Assembly (NCBI RefSeq): GCF_963921235.1
Contig: NC_086097.1
Location: 228,410,001-228,474,000 of the forward strand
Reading direction: 5' to 3'
DNA from: Mobula hypostoma
Taxonomy: Eukaryota
Length of the DNA stretch: 64,000 bases
Shown: piece by piece, positions 37,753 to 50,235 of the stretch
Numbering within the stretch: the first letter of the stretch is position 1
Layout of the letters: every line of letters begins with the position of its first letter
Notes under the pieces: generated by a model
What the model saw: the letters and a program-made list of their open reading frames with translations, nothing else
What the model was told of the DNA's origin: nothing
Database searches by the model: none
Translations under genes and position numbers: made by a program

Positions 37753-38594
37753 CCATCCCTGGAGACAAGCTGTCTAGCAATATCTTTAATAAAACTGCCA
37801 ATTCCCAGGACTATCTTGACCTCTTCCCACCCAGTCTCCTGAAAAAATGCTTTTCATTTTCTCAGTTCCTTCGCCTCTACAGCATCTGTTCCCAAGTTGT
37901 GGCCTTCCTTTCTAGGATATCAGAGAATGGCATTTCCATTCCCCCACCATTGATACTGTCCTTACTCGCATCTCCTCCGTTTCCTGGGTGTCTGCGCTCA
38001 CCCCATCTTCCTGCCGCCTTTAACAGGGAAAGAGTTCCCACCGCACAATGAGCTTCCTCATCCAACACATCGTTCTCCATAACCTCCTCTGTCCTCAAAA
38101 GGATCCTACCACCAAACACATCTTCATCTCTTCCCCACTCACTGCAAAGATCACTCCCTTCATGGTTCCCTTGTCCATTCGTCCCTCCCCACTAATCTAC
38201 TACCTGACACTTATCCCTACAAGTGACAGCTACACCTGCCCATTCACCTCCTCCCTTACCTCCATTTAGGGCCCAAAACAGTCCTTCCAGGTGAGGCAAG
38301 ACTTGACCTCTGAATTGTATCTGGTGCTTCCGATGTGGTTTCTTCTACATTGGTGAGACGCAACATAAATTGGGGAGTGTTTTGTCAAGCATTTCCATTC
38401 CATCTGCCAGAAGCAGTAGTTTTTGGTGGCCAACCATTTTAATTCTTATCCTCATTCCCGTTCCAAAATGTCGGTCAGTGGCCTTCTCTTTTGTCACAAT
38501 GAGGCCACTCTCAGGATGGGGGAGCAATACCTCATATTCCATCCAGGTAGCCTTCAACCTGTGCAGAAATTGTGGCAGCCCTAGCAGAGATATT

Positions 38595-41500
38595 TAAGAC
38601 CATAAGACAATAAGACACAGGAGCAGAATTAGGCCATTCAGCCCATCAAGTCTGCTCCTCCATTCCATCATGGCTGATCCCGGATCCCACTCAACCCCAT
38701 ACGCCTGCCTTCTCGCCATATCCTTAGATGCCCTGTCCAGTCAGGAAACTATCAACTTCTGTCTTAAATATACGCATGGACTTGGCCTCCCACGCAGTCT
38801 GTGGCAGAACATTCCACAGATATACTACTCTCTTGCTAAAAGAAATTCCTCCTTACCTCTGTTCTAAAAGGTCGCTCCTCAATTTTGAGGCTATGCCCCC
38901 TAGTTCGGGATACCCCCATCACAGGAAACATCCACCCTATCTAGTCCTTCACAATTCGGTAGGTTTCAGTGAGATCTCCCCGCATTCTTCTAAATTCCAG
39001 TAAGTGCAGACCCAAAGCTGCCAAATGCTCCTCATATGTTAACCCCTTCATTCTCAGAATCATCTACGTGACTCTCTTCAATGCTTCAATGACAACACAT
39101 CCTTTTTGAAACATGGCACCCAAAGTTGTTGACCAAACTCCAAGTGAGGTCTGACTAGTGTCTTATAAAGCCTCAGCATTATCTACTTGCTTTTATATTT
39201 TATTCCCCTTGAAATAAAATTCAACATTGCATTTGTCTTCTTTACCACAGACTCAACCTGTAAATTAACCTTCTGGGAGTCTTCCACGAGGACTCCTAAG
39301 TTCCTTTGCACCTTTGATGTTTGAACTTTCTCCCCATTTAGCTAATAGTCCACACTATTGTTCCTTTTACCAAAATGCATTATCATACATTTCCCAACAC
39401 TGTATTTCATTCTTTCAACTTGTCTAAGTCCTGCAATCGCATTGCTTCCTCAGTATTACCTACCCCTCCACCTATCTTCATATCATCCGCAAACTTTGCC
39501 ACGAAGTTATCTAAATCTATTATCTAAATCATTGACAAACAATGTGAAAAGTTGCAGTCCCAATACTGACCCCTGAGGAACACCACTAATCACTGGCAGC
39601 CAACCCGAAAAAGGCCCTTTTTCACAAACTCGCTGCCTCCTGCCTATCAGCCATTCCTCTATGCATGCCAGTAATTTTCTAGTAAAGCAGCCTCATGTGT
39701 GGCATCTTATCAAACACTTTCTGAAAATCCAAGTAAATGACATCCACTGCCTGTCCTGTATCTAACCTGTTTGTTACTTCCTCGCAGAACACTAACAGAT
39801 TTGTCAGGCAAGATTTCTCTTTACAGAAACCATGCTGACTTTGACTCATTTTATCATTAGTCTCCAAGTACCTCGAAAGCTCATCCTTAATAATAGACTC
39901 CAACACTTTCCCAACCACTGAGATTAGGCTAACTGGCCTATAATTTTCTTTCTTTTGCCTTCTTCCTGTCTTAAAGAGTGGAGTAACAATTGCAATCTTC
40001 CAATACTCCGGGACCATGCCAGAATCAAGTGATTCTTGAAAGATCATGACCAAAGCATCTTCTTCAAACTTTCTCAGGACTCTGGCATGTAGTCTATCTG
40101 GTCCAGGTGACTTATCCACTTTAAGACCTTTGAGTTTGCCTCGCACTTTTACCTTTGTAATAACAATGGCACTCACTCCGACTCCCTGACACTCACGGAC
40201 CTCTGGCAAACGGTGAGTGTCTTCCATATTGAAAACTGATGCAAAGTACCCATTACGTTCATCTGCCATTTCTTTGTTGAACATTACTACTTCACCAGCA
40301 TCATTTTCCAGTGATCCCTTATCAACTCTCACTTCCCTTTTACGCTTTGTGTAACTGAAAAAAAGCGTTTGGTATCCTGCTTCATATTATTGGCTAGTCT
40401 GCCCTCATATTTCATCTTTTCCCTTCTTATAGCTTTTCTCATTGCCTTTTGTTGGATTTTAAAAGCTTCCCAATCATCCAACTTCCCACTCACTTTTGCT
40501 ACCTTAAATGCCCTTTCCTTGGCTTTTTTGCAGTCCTTAACTTCTTTTGTCAGCCGCAGTTGCCTACCCCTGCCATTTGAGAACTTCTTCCTCTGTGGGA
40601 CATATCTATCCTGCACCTTGTGAACTATTCCCAGAAACTTAAGCCACCTCTTCTCTGCCGTCTTCCCCACCACTATCTTCGTCCAATCCACCCAGGAAAG
40701 CTCCTCTCTCATGCCTCTGTAATTCCCTTTATTCCATTGTGATACAGATACGTGTGACTTATGCTTCTCCCTCTCAAGTTGCAGTATGAATTCGATCATA
40801 TGACGATCTCTGTCTCCAAAGGGTTTCTTTATGTTAAGCTCCCTAATAAGATCTGGATTATTATGCAACATCCAATCTAAGATAACCTTTCCCCGAGTAG
40901 GCTCAAGCACAAGCTGCTCTAAAAAGCCATCTCATAGGCATTCAACAAATTCCCTCTCTTACGATCTGACACCAACCTGATTTTTCCAGTCCCCTTGCAT
41001 ATTGAAGTCCCCCATTACAATGGTGTTATTACCCTTATTAAATGCCTTTTCAGAATCAGAATCAGCTTTATTATCACCGGCATGTGACTTGAAATTTGTT
41101 AATTTAGCATCAGCAGTTCAATGCAATACATAATCTAGCAGAGAAAAAAAAATAATAAATAAACAAGTAAATCAATTACGTAGCATTGAATAGATAAAAA
41201 AAAAACATGCAAAAACAGAAATACTGTATTTTAAAAAAAAGTGAGGTAGTGTCCAAAGATTCAATGTCCATTTAGGAATCGGATGGCGGAGGGGAAGAAG
41301 CTGTTCCTGAATCACTGAGTGTGTGTCTTCAGGCTTCTGTACCTCCTACCTGATGGTAACAGTGAGAAAAGGGCATGCCCTGGGTGCTGGAGGTCCTTAA
41401 TAATGGATGTTGTCTTTCTGAGACACCGCTCCCTAAAGATGTCCTGGGTACTTTATAGGCTAGTACCTAAGATGGAGCTGACTAGATTTACAACCTTCTG

Positions 41501-42170
41501 CAGCTTCTTTCAGTCTCGTGCAGTAGCCCCTCCATACCAGACAGTGATGCAGCCTGTCAGAATGCTCTCCACAGTACAACTATAGAAGTTTTTGAGTGTA
41601 TTTGTTGACATGCCAAATCTCTTTGCAATCTCAACCCCACATCTGGCTACTATTTGGAGGCCTACATATGATTCCCAAATGTTTTTTTTTTTACCCTTGC
41701 GATTTCTTAACTCCAGCTACAAAGATTCAACATTCTCTGACCCTATGTCACCTCTTTCTAACGATGTAATTCCATCTTTTACCAACAGAGCCACACCGCT
41801 GCCTATGCCTTCCTGCCTTTCCTTTTGATACAAATTATATCCTTAGATGTTAAGCTCCCAACTGAAGCCTTCTTTCAGCCACGACTCAGTGATGCGCCAG
41901 GAGTTCATCCACTTTACTACGAGTGCTACACATATTTAATTACAATGCCTTCAGTCCTGCATCCTTCGCCCTTTTGAATTCTGCCTCTGTGGTACAACTT
42001 AACACTTTGCTATGTCTGCATTTGTACCCAAACATTGGCTTGTCCTTCCTTACATTCATGTTACACCCATCATCTACTTGTAAACCTGTTGGCTCATCCT
42101 CCGCTCTATCATACTAGTTCCATCCCCCACCATATTAGTTTAAACCACTCCCAACAGCTCTAGTAGATCT
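38595..42170 (-). mobile_element. CR1 LINE (whole ORF2 region, decayed) split by Rex1
   Basis: ORFs 39679-40332 and 40329-40910; (CTTATGGT)n tail. Confidence 0.92.
41051..41621 (-). mobile_element. Rex1/Babar 3' fragment
   Basis: Minus-strand VESILTGCITVWYG; (TTCTGA)n tail. Confidence 0.88.
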
Positions 42171-42171
42171 A

Positions 42172-42578
42172 ATGGCATGAACATCGATTTATCCTTCCAC
42201 TGATTTTTCCCTTCTCCCTTTTCATCTTCTTCTATTCCCCACTCTGGCCTCTTACCTTTTCTCCCCACCTGCCGATCACCTCCCCCTGATGTCCCTCCTT
42301 CTTCCCTTTCTTCCACGGTCCACTCTCCTCTCCTATCAGTTTCCTTCTCCAGCCCTTTACCTTTCCCACCCACCTGCCTTCACCTATCACCTACCTCATC
42401 TGCTTTCTCCTCCCCCACATCTTTATTCTGTTGTTTCCTTCCTTTCTTTCCAGTCTTGAAGAAGGGTCTCAGCCTAAGATGTTGACTGTTCGTTCATTTC
42501 TATAGATGCTGCCTGACCTGTTGAGTTCCACCAGTGTGTTGCTTTGGATTTTCAGTGTCTCCAGATGTTCTTGTGTTC
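42172..42578 (+). mobile_element. Penelope terminal repeat with degenerate hammerhead
   Basis: atggcatgaacatcgattt start, pyrimidine tract, cagtcttgaagaagggtctcagcc...gttgactg. Confidence 0.8.
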
Positions 42579-42804
42579 ATGAAATGCTTGTCACACTTAT
42601 TTAGTGCTAGATATACTGCTTGTTTCTCAGACTAGACAGAATTTCTCTGTAAAATTAATAAATTAATTGGAATTTCTGTTTGATCAATGTATTTGATCAT
42701 TGGATCATTAAACATTTTGGTCAGATTACTTCTATTATGACATTCTTTGGTATTGCCATTTGTTCTTTACAGTCAGAATAATTCAGTGGAGGTTCCTACA
42801 CTCC

Positions 42805-43225
42805 ACTTCTACAAAAAGTGCTGGATATAGTCCAGTCAATCACAGTAAACCACTCCCCAGCGTGGAGCGCACGTACAAGGAGCACTGCCAAAAGAAAGCA
42901 GCATCTATCATCAAAGGCCCCCACCAGCCAGGCCATGCTCTCTTCTTGCAATTGGGAAGGAGGTACAGGAGCCTTAGGTCCCACACCACCAGGTTCAGGA
43001 ATAGTAATTACTCTTTAACCATCAGGCTAATGAGTTGGCATGGATTACTTCACTCACGTCAACACCGAACTGATTCCGCAACCTATGGACTCACTTTCAA
43101 GGATTTTACAACTGGTGTTCTCAATATCATTTATTTATTTATTATTAATAATAGTTTTTTAGTATTTGGTTGTTTGTCAGTCTTTGTAGTTTTTCATTGA
43201 TTCTATTGCAGTTCTTTGTTCTAAT
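42805..43225 (+). mobile_element. Rex1/Babar 3' fragment
   Basis: LPSVERTYKEHCQKKAASIIKGPHQPGHALF...RRYRSLRSHTTRFRNS. Confidence 0.85.
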
Positions 43226-44054
43226 GCTCTGCCCCTGCCAACACCTGATGATCAGAAGGGGCTGCAGGAACTGAAGCATAGAATATAGAACATAGAAATC
43301 TACAGCACGTTACAGGCCCTTCAGCCCACAATGTTGTGCTGACCATGTAACCTACTCTAGAAACTGCCTAGAATTTCCCTACCACATTAGCAAAGGTAAA
43401 AAAAAAACAAACTTGCACAATCATGCACCCAGCTTTGGATTCTTTTGACTTCAAAAAATATACGAACTTCATTGTTAAAGAATATCATAATTGCACTAAA
43501 TCTTAACCACATTTCCTAATCAAATGGTCATAGCCCTTAATGTAATAGCATGGTTGTAAAATATTTTTTAAATCTCGCAATAATAGAATTATGCAGAAAC
43601 ATGCCTTTCAAAAGCATAAGCAAAGTTTTAATATTAGGCTCATTTAGGAAATCCAGCATATAATGCTGCAGAAGATGGTCACATGCAGCAAAAGCAAGAT
43701 TTTAGAAGTGCTTGGTCTAGCAATCTTTTCTGGATAGGAAATGCACAGTTGAGAGTTTCATTTATTTCATATTCTCACCTTTTAGAGTTAAATGAACATT
43801 AGATTCTCCTTTTCAAGTCATTCTCTTTAATCGCAGCTATACACCCAATTTTGCCCTTAAGCTATGGGGAATCCACCTGGTGTTACTTACGTAACAATCA
43901 GAGATGAAGTACAAAAATATATTTAGGTTGATGGAAGTTTCCTTCTCATTGTTAATATCAATTAATTCACAACAAGTGCCAGACTTTCACTTTTGTCCCA
44001 AGAGCATAAGTACTTGTTATGGAAGAAGTACTTCGAGTGCAAGAAGGGTGAGAC

Positions 44055-44100
44055 TGCGCAGGCGCGTGACGTCAGCAGGACCACGCGGAGAGTTTAAAAA
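44055..44100 (+). promoter_or_regulatory. CR1 5' promoter motifs
   Basis: NRF1-like TGCGCAGGCGC (44055), perfect CRE TGACGTCA (44067-44074), TTTAAAAA (44093-44100). Confidence 0.55.
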
Positions 44101-44383
44101 GGAGACCACCCTATACAGCGGGCAGCTGTCGGAGCGGGCAGCAGAGTGAGCGGTAGCAGAGTGTAGGGCTTTGGCTTCAACGGGCTTTGGCGATAAACGG
44201 GAAGAGGCGAGAGCGAAGCACCAACTCTTTTTTTCTCCCCCCCCACCCCTTTCGCGAATCGGCCCGGACAGACAGGAACAGCAGGGCTCTCACAGCTAAC
44301 GGTTTAAAAAGTTTGTCTGTTTGGCGAGGTAAGTGAGTGAGTAGACTTATTTTTCCTGTTTCATTCGTGTAGAATTAGATAGC

Positions 44384-45319
44384 ATGCCTGCAGGGTTAGT
44401 GCTTTGTTCAGGGTGTCAGATGTGGGAATCCTGGGAGACTTCCAGCCTCCCTGATGGCCACATCTGTGCCAGGTGCACCGAGATGCAGCTCCTCAGAGAC
44501 CGTGTTAGGGATCTGGAGCTGCAGCTTGATGACCTACTGCTTATCAGGGAAAGTGAAGAGGTGGTAGACAGGAGCTACAGGGAGGTAGTCATCCCTAGGC
44601 TACAGGAGTCAGAACACTGGGTCACTGTCAAGAGAGGGAAGAGAAATGCCCGGATAGTGGAGAGCACCCTTGTGGCTGTCCCCCTCAGCAACAAATATCT
44701 TGTTCTGGATGCTGTTGAGGGGGATGACCTGACGGGGAACGCCCACGGTGACCGGGTCTCTGGCACTGAGCCTGGCGCTGTTGTGCAGGAGAGAAGGAGG
44801 GTGAAGAGAGATGCGGTAGTCATGGGGGATTCCATAGTTAGGGGAACAGACAGGAGATTCTGTGAGCCTGACAGAGATACCCGCATGGTGTGTTGCCTCC
44901 CAGGTGCCAGGGTACGGGATGTCTCGGATCGGGTCCTGAATATTCTAAAGGGGGAGGGTGAGCAGCCAGTTGTCTTGGTACATGTTGGTACCAATGACAT
45001 AGATAGGACAAAGGAGGAGGTCCTGAAGAGAGATTTCCAGGAGTTAGGAAGGAAGCTGAGAAGCAGGACCTCCAGGGTAGTAATCTCGGGATTGCTACCT
45101 GTGCCACATGCTAGCGAGGGCAAGAGTAGTCGGATCAGGCAGATGAATGCCTGGCTGAGAGACTGGTGTAGGGGGCAGGGCTTCAGATTCTTGGATAATT
45201 GGGATCTCTTCTGGGGGAAGTATGACCTGTTCAAAAAGGACAGGTTACACCTGAACCCGAAGGGGACCAATATCCTGGTGGGAAAGTTTAATAGAGCTGT
45301 TAGGGAGGGTTTAAACTAA
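44384..45319 (+). CDS. CR1 ORF1p (zinc finger + leucine zipper + SGNH esterase domain), intact, 311 aa
   Basis: CSGC...CARC, heptad repeat LRDRVRDLELQLDDL, SGNH blocks GDS, PGA, GTND, DRLH. Confidence 0.92.
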   Translation: MPAGLVLCSGCQMWESWETSSLPDGHICARCTEMQLLRDRVRDLELQLDDLLLIRESEEVVDRSYREVVIPRLQESEHWVTVKRGKRNARIVESTLVAVPLSNKYLVLDAVEGDDLTGNAHGDRVSGTEPGAVVQERRRVKRDAVVMGDSIVRGTDRRFCEPDRDTRMVCCLPGARVRDVSDRVLNILKGEGEQPVVLVHVGTNDIDRTKEEVLKRDFQELGRKLRSRTSRVVISGLLPVPHASEGKSSRIRQMNAWLRDWCRGQGFRFLDNWDLFWGKYDLFKKDRLHLNPKGTNILVGKFNRAVREGLN

Positions 45320-48312
45320 TCTGGCAGGGGAATGGGAACCGGAATGATAGAGCGGAGGAAGGGGAAAACAGAAATAAATCTAAGATAGCGAGCAGTAAAG
45401 ATGTCAGGAAAGACAGGCAGGTGATGGGGCAAATGTGTAGCCATTGGGATGAGTTGCAGTGCAATAAAGTTGCAGTGAAATCAAAGCAAAAAGTATCAAA
45501 TACTGGCTTAAGGTGTTGTACTTAAACGCACGCAGCGTAAGAAATAAGGTGGATGATCTTGTTGTACAGCTACAGATTGGCAGGTATGATATTGTAGCCA
45601 TCACTGAAACCTGGCTAAAGGATGCATGTCTCTGGGAGCTGAACGTCCAAGGATACACGGTGTATCGGAAGGATAGGAAGGTAGGCAGAGGGGGAGGCAT
45701 GGCTTTATTGGTAAGAAATGATATTAAATCATTAGAAAGAGGTGATATAGGATCGGAAGGTGCAGAATCTTTATGGGTTGAGCTAAGGAATAGCAGGGGT
45801 AAAAGGACCCTGATGGCAGTTATTTATAGGCCTCCAAACAGCCGCAGGGATGTGGACTACAAATTACAACTGGAAATAGAAAAGGCTTGTCAGAAGGGCA
45901 GTGTTATGATAATTGTGGCGGATTTTAACATGCGAGTAGATTGGAAAAATCAGGTCGGCACTGGATCTCAAGAGAGAGAATTTGTAGAATGTCTGCGAGA
46001 TGGCTTTTTAGAACAGCTTATTGTTGAGCCCACTAGGGGATCGGCTGTACTGGATTGGGTATTGTGTAATGAACCGGAGGTGATTGGAGAGATTGAGGTG
46101 AAGGAACCCTTAGGAGGCAGTGATCATAACATGATTGAGTTCACTGTGAAATTAGAAAAAGAGAAGCCGAAATCTGATGTGTCGGTGTTTCAGTGGAGTA
46201 AAGGAAACTACAGTGGCATGAGTGAGGAACTGGCCAAAGTTGACTGGAAAGAGACACTGGTGGGAAAGATGGCAGAGCAGCAGTGGCTGGAGTTTATGCG
46301 AAAAATGAGGAATGTGCAAGACAGGTATATTCCAAAAAAGAAGAAATTTTCGAGTGGAAAAAGGATGCAACCGTGGTTGACAAGAGAAGTCAAAGCCAAA
46401 GTTAAAGCTAAGGAGAGGGCATACAAGGAAGCAAAAATTAGTGGGAAGACAGAGGATTGGGAAGTCTTTAAAACCTTACAAAAGGAAACCAAGAAGGTCA
46501 TTAAGAGAGAAAAGATTAACTATGAAAGGAAACTAGCAAATAATATCAAAGAGGATACTAAAAGCTTTTTCAAGTATATAAAGAGTAAAAGACAGGTGAG
46601 AGTAGATATAGGACCGATAGAAAATGATACTGGAGAAATTGTAATGGGAGATGAGGAGATGGCAGAGGAACTGAACAAGTATTTTGCATCAGTCTTTACT
46701 GAGGAAGACAGCAGGATACCGGACACTCAAGGGTGGCAGGGAAGAGAAGTGTGCGCAGTCACAATTACGACAGAGAAAGTACTCAGGAAGCTGAATAGGC
46801 TAAAGGTCGATAAATCTCCTGGACCAGATGGAATGCACCCTCGTGTTCTGAAGGAAGTAGCTATGGAGATTGCGGAGGTGTTAGCGATGATCTTTCAAAA
46901 GTCGATAGATTCTGGCATGGTTCCGGAAGACTGGAAGATTGCAAATGTCACTCCATTATTCAAGAAGGGGGCAAGGAAGCAAAAAGGAAATTATAGACCT
47001 GTTAGTTTGACGTCGGTGGTTGGGAAGTTATTGGAGTTGATTGTCAAGGATGAGGTTACAGAGTACCTGGAGGCATATGACAAGATAGGCAGAACTCAGC
47101 ATGGATTCCTTAAAGGAAAATCCTGCCTGACAAACCTATTACAATTTTTTGAGGAAATTACCAGTAGGCTAGACAAGGGAAATGCAGTGGATGTTGTATA
47201 TTTGGATTTTCAGAAGGCCTTTGACAAGGTGCCACACATGAGGCTGCTTAACAAGATAAGAGCCCATGGAATTATGGGAAAGTTACATACATGGATAGAG
47301 CATTGGTTGATTGGCAGGAAACAGAGAGTGGGAATAAAGGGATCCTATTCTGGTTGGCTGCCGGTTACCAGTGGTGTTCCGCAGGGATCAGTGTTGGGGC
47401 TGCTTCTTTTTACATTGTACATCAACGATTTGGATTATGGAATAGATGGCTTTGTGGCTAAGTTTGCTGACGATACGAAGATAGGTGGAGGGGCCGGTAG
47501 TGCTGAGGAAACGGAGAGTCTGCAGAGAGACTTGGATAGATTGGAAGAATGGGCAGAGAAGTGGCAAATGAAGTACAATGTTGGAAAGTGTATGGTTATG
47601 CACTTTGGCAGAAAAAATAAACAGGCAGACTATTATTTAAATGGAGAAAGAATTCAAAGTTCTGAGATGCAACGGGAGATGTACGAGTTCTGAGATCCTC
47701 GTACAGGATTCCCTTAAAGTTAACCTCCAGGTTGAGTCGGTAGTGAAGAAGGCGAATGCAATGTTGGCATTCATTTCTAGAGGAATAGAGTATAGGAGCA
47801 GGGATGTGATGTTGAGGTTCTATAAGGCACTGGTGAGACCTCACTTGGAGTACTGTGGGCAGTTTTGGTCTCCTTATTTAAGAAAGGATGTGCTGATGTT
47901 GGAGAGGGTACAGAGAAGATTCACTAGAATGATTCCGGGAATGAGAGGGTTAGCATATGAGGAACGTTTGTCCTCTCTTGGACTATATTCCTTGGAGTTT
48001 AGAAGAATGAGGGGAGACCTCATAGAAACATTTTGAATGTTAAAAGGCATGGACAGAGTGGATGTGGCAAAGTTGTTTCCCATGATGGGGAAGTCTAGTA
48101 CGAGAGGGCATGACTTCAGGATTGAAGGGCGCCCTTTCAGAACAGAAATGCGAAAAAATTTTTTTAGTCAGAGGGTGGTGAATCTATGGAATTTGTTGCC
48201 ACGGGCAGCAGTGGAGGCCAAGTCATTGGGTGTATTTAAGGCAGAGATTGATAAGTATCTGAGTAGCCAGGGCATCAAAGGTTATGGTGAGAAGGCTGGG
48301 CAGTGGGACTAA
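45320..48312 (+). pseudogene. CR1 ORF2 (APE + RT), disrupted
   Basis: 726-aa open stretch 45513-47693, local rearrangement/frameshift at ~47675-47700, TGA at 48034-48036. Confidence 0.93.
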
Positions 48313-48464
48313 ATAGGATAAAATGGATCAGCTCATGATAAAATGGCGGAGCAGACTCGATGGGCCAAATGGCCTACTTCTGCTCCTTTGTCTTATGGTC
48401 TTATGGTCTTATGGTCTAAGTGTGGTTTAAAAGGTGAGCACATTTCAAGTCATCTATGTATCTA

Positions 48465-50002
48465 CAGTGGTGCTGGAAAGTTAGTGAACCCTTTAGAGTT
48501 TGCTCTATTTCTGCATAAATATGACCTAAAATATGATCAGATCTTCACGCAAGTCTGAAAACTGGATAGAGATAACCCAATTAAATAAATAACACAAAAC
48601 GTTCTGCTTGTTCGTTATTTATTGAGGAAAAATAATCCAACATTACATGTTTTTGTTGGAAAAAGTATGTAATACCTTCTACAGAAGCTATTTGGAGCCA
48701 GGTGTTCCAATCAATGAGATGAGATTGGAGGTGTGAGTTGTAGAGGGGCCCTGCCCTATAAAAAAGACACAAAAATTCAGGTTACTGACAGAGCCTGCTC
48801 TTCTCAAGAAAGATCTGTTTATGTGCACCATGCCTCGATCAAAACAACTTTCAGAGGACCTTAGAAGAAGCATTGTAGAAATGCATGAAGCTGGAAGAGG
48901 CCACAAAAGCATTTCTAAAGACCAGAGTGTTCATCAGTCCACAGTAAGAGAAATTGTCTACAAATGGAGGAATCTCAGTACCATTGCTACTCTCCCTAAG
49001 AGAGGGCATCCTGCAGAGATCACACAAAGAGCACAACGAAGGAAGTGAAAAAAGAACCCAAAGGTAACAACAAAAGACCTGCAGAAATCACTAGAACTTG
49101 CTAAAGTTTCTGTTCATGTGTCCACTATAAGAAAAACACTGAGCAATAATGATGTTCATGGAAGGACATCATAGAGGAAATCATTGCTCTAACACTGCTG
49201 GATGTTCTACAACACTTCTGAGACAATGTTCTGTGCACAGATAAGACAAAAGTTGAACTTTTTGGCAGAAATGCTCACTGCTATGTTTGGAGGGAAAAGG
49301 ACACTGCACACCAATACCAAAACTTCATCACAATTGTGAGCATGGTGGAAGGAGTATCATGGTTTGGGGCTGCTTTGCTGCCTCAGGGCCTGGAGGGCTT
49401 GCAAATGTTGAGGGAACAATGAATTCAAAATTGTATCAAGACATTTTACAGGAGAATGTCAGGGTAGCATTCCATCACCTGAAGCTTAATAGAAGTTGGA
49501 TAATGCAACAAGACAGTGACCTGAAAGACAAGAGTAAATCAACAACAAAGTAGTTTAAAAATAGGAAAATTTGTGTTTTAGAATGGCTGAGCCAAAGCCT
49601 TGACCTTAATCCTATAGCATTGTTCTGGAAAGACCCGAAGCAAGCAGTTCATGCAAGGAAGCCCACCAACGTCCCAGAGCTGAAGCAGTTTTGTGAGGAG
49701 GAATGACATAAAATTCCTCCAAGCTGATGTGCAGGACTAATCAACAGTTACCGGAAACATTTGGTTGAAATTATTGCTGTACAAGGGAGTCACACCAGTT
49801 ACTGAAAGCAGAGGCTCATATACTTTTTCCAACAAATACATATAATATTGGATCATTTTTCTCAATAAATAAATGAATGTCTATCATATTTTTGTGTTAT
49901 TTATTTAATTGGATTCTCTTTAACTAGTTTCAGGATGCGTGAAGATCCCATTACATTTCAGGTCATATTTATGCAGAAATAGTGAAAATTCTAGCACCAC
50001 TG
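48465..50002 (+). mobile_element. Tc1 DNA transposon, IR/DR type with ~200-bp TIRs, defective
   Basis: TA|CAGTGGTGCT...AGCACCACTG|TA; long imperfect inverted repeats at both ends. Confidence 0.95.
48830..49805 (+). pseudogene. Tc1 transposase pseudogene
   Basis: MPRSKQLSEDLRRSIV..., HGGRSIMVWGCF, WIMQQDSD, SLDLNPI, GSHTSY*; multiple stops and frameshifts. Confidence 0.92.
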
Positions 50003-50193
50003 TATATATCTGGCATCTACGGAATCTCCTTGCATTGCTCTGGATTTCCAGCGCCTGTGGAATCACTGCATGGTGCCCTGGATTTCCAGCAGAATCTCTT
50101 ATATCTATCTATCTATCTGTCCCAACATAACTCCTATCCCAGTACTTTTCCATCCCTTAGTGGTTCCAGCTGCCCCCGCTAAGTTCTGATGAC

Positions 50194-50235
50194 CTTCAGC
50201 CCAGGCACATAACTTAGAAAACAGAGACAACAGGT
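50194..50235 (-). CDS. Possible internal exon of host gene A (TCCLCFLSYVPGLK)
   Basis: Strong acceptor tgttttcctccttgcag; phase 0-0 using donor AAG|gtcatc. Donor and frame uncertain. Confidence 0.3.

Larger units (their letters stand above)
35520..38560 (+). mobile_element. Penelope-like retroelement, decayed, with three nested insertions
   Basis: FLPKIHK...SCPTEL, TMDVQSL, GTHMGPSYAC, and CFRCGFFYIGET (GIY-YIG, ~38325-38360). Confidence 0.88.
44030..48417 (+). mobile_element. Full-length CR1 LINE (5'UTR, ORF1, ORF2, 3'UTR)
   Basis: CpG-rich 5'UTR, both ORFs, (TCTTATGG)n tail at 48391-48417. 5' boundary approximate. Confidence 0.95.

Noticed and set aside
43891..43983. Minus-strand open stretch SGTCCELIDINNEKETSINLNIFLYFISDCY before a perfect gtaagt donor
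   Set aside because: In-frame TGA just upstream and no acceptor with a pyrimidine tract; exon not supported.
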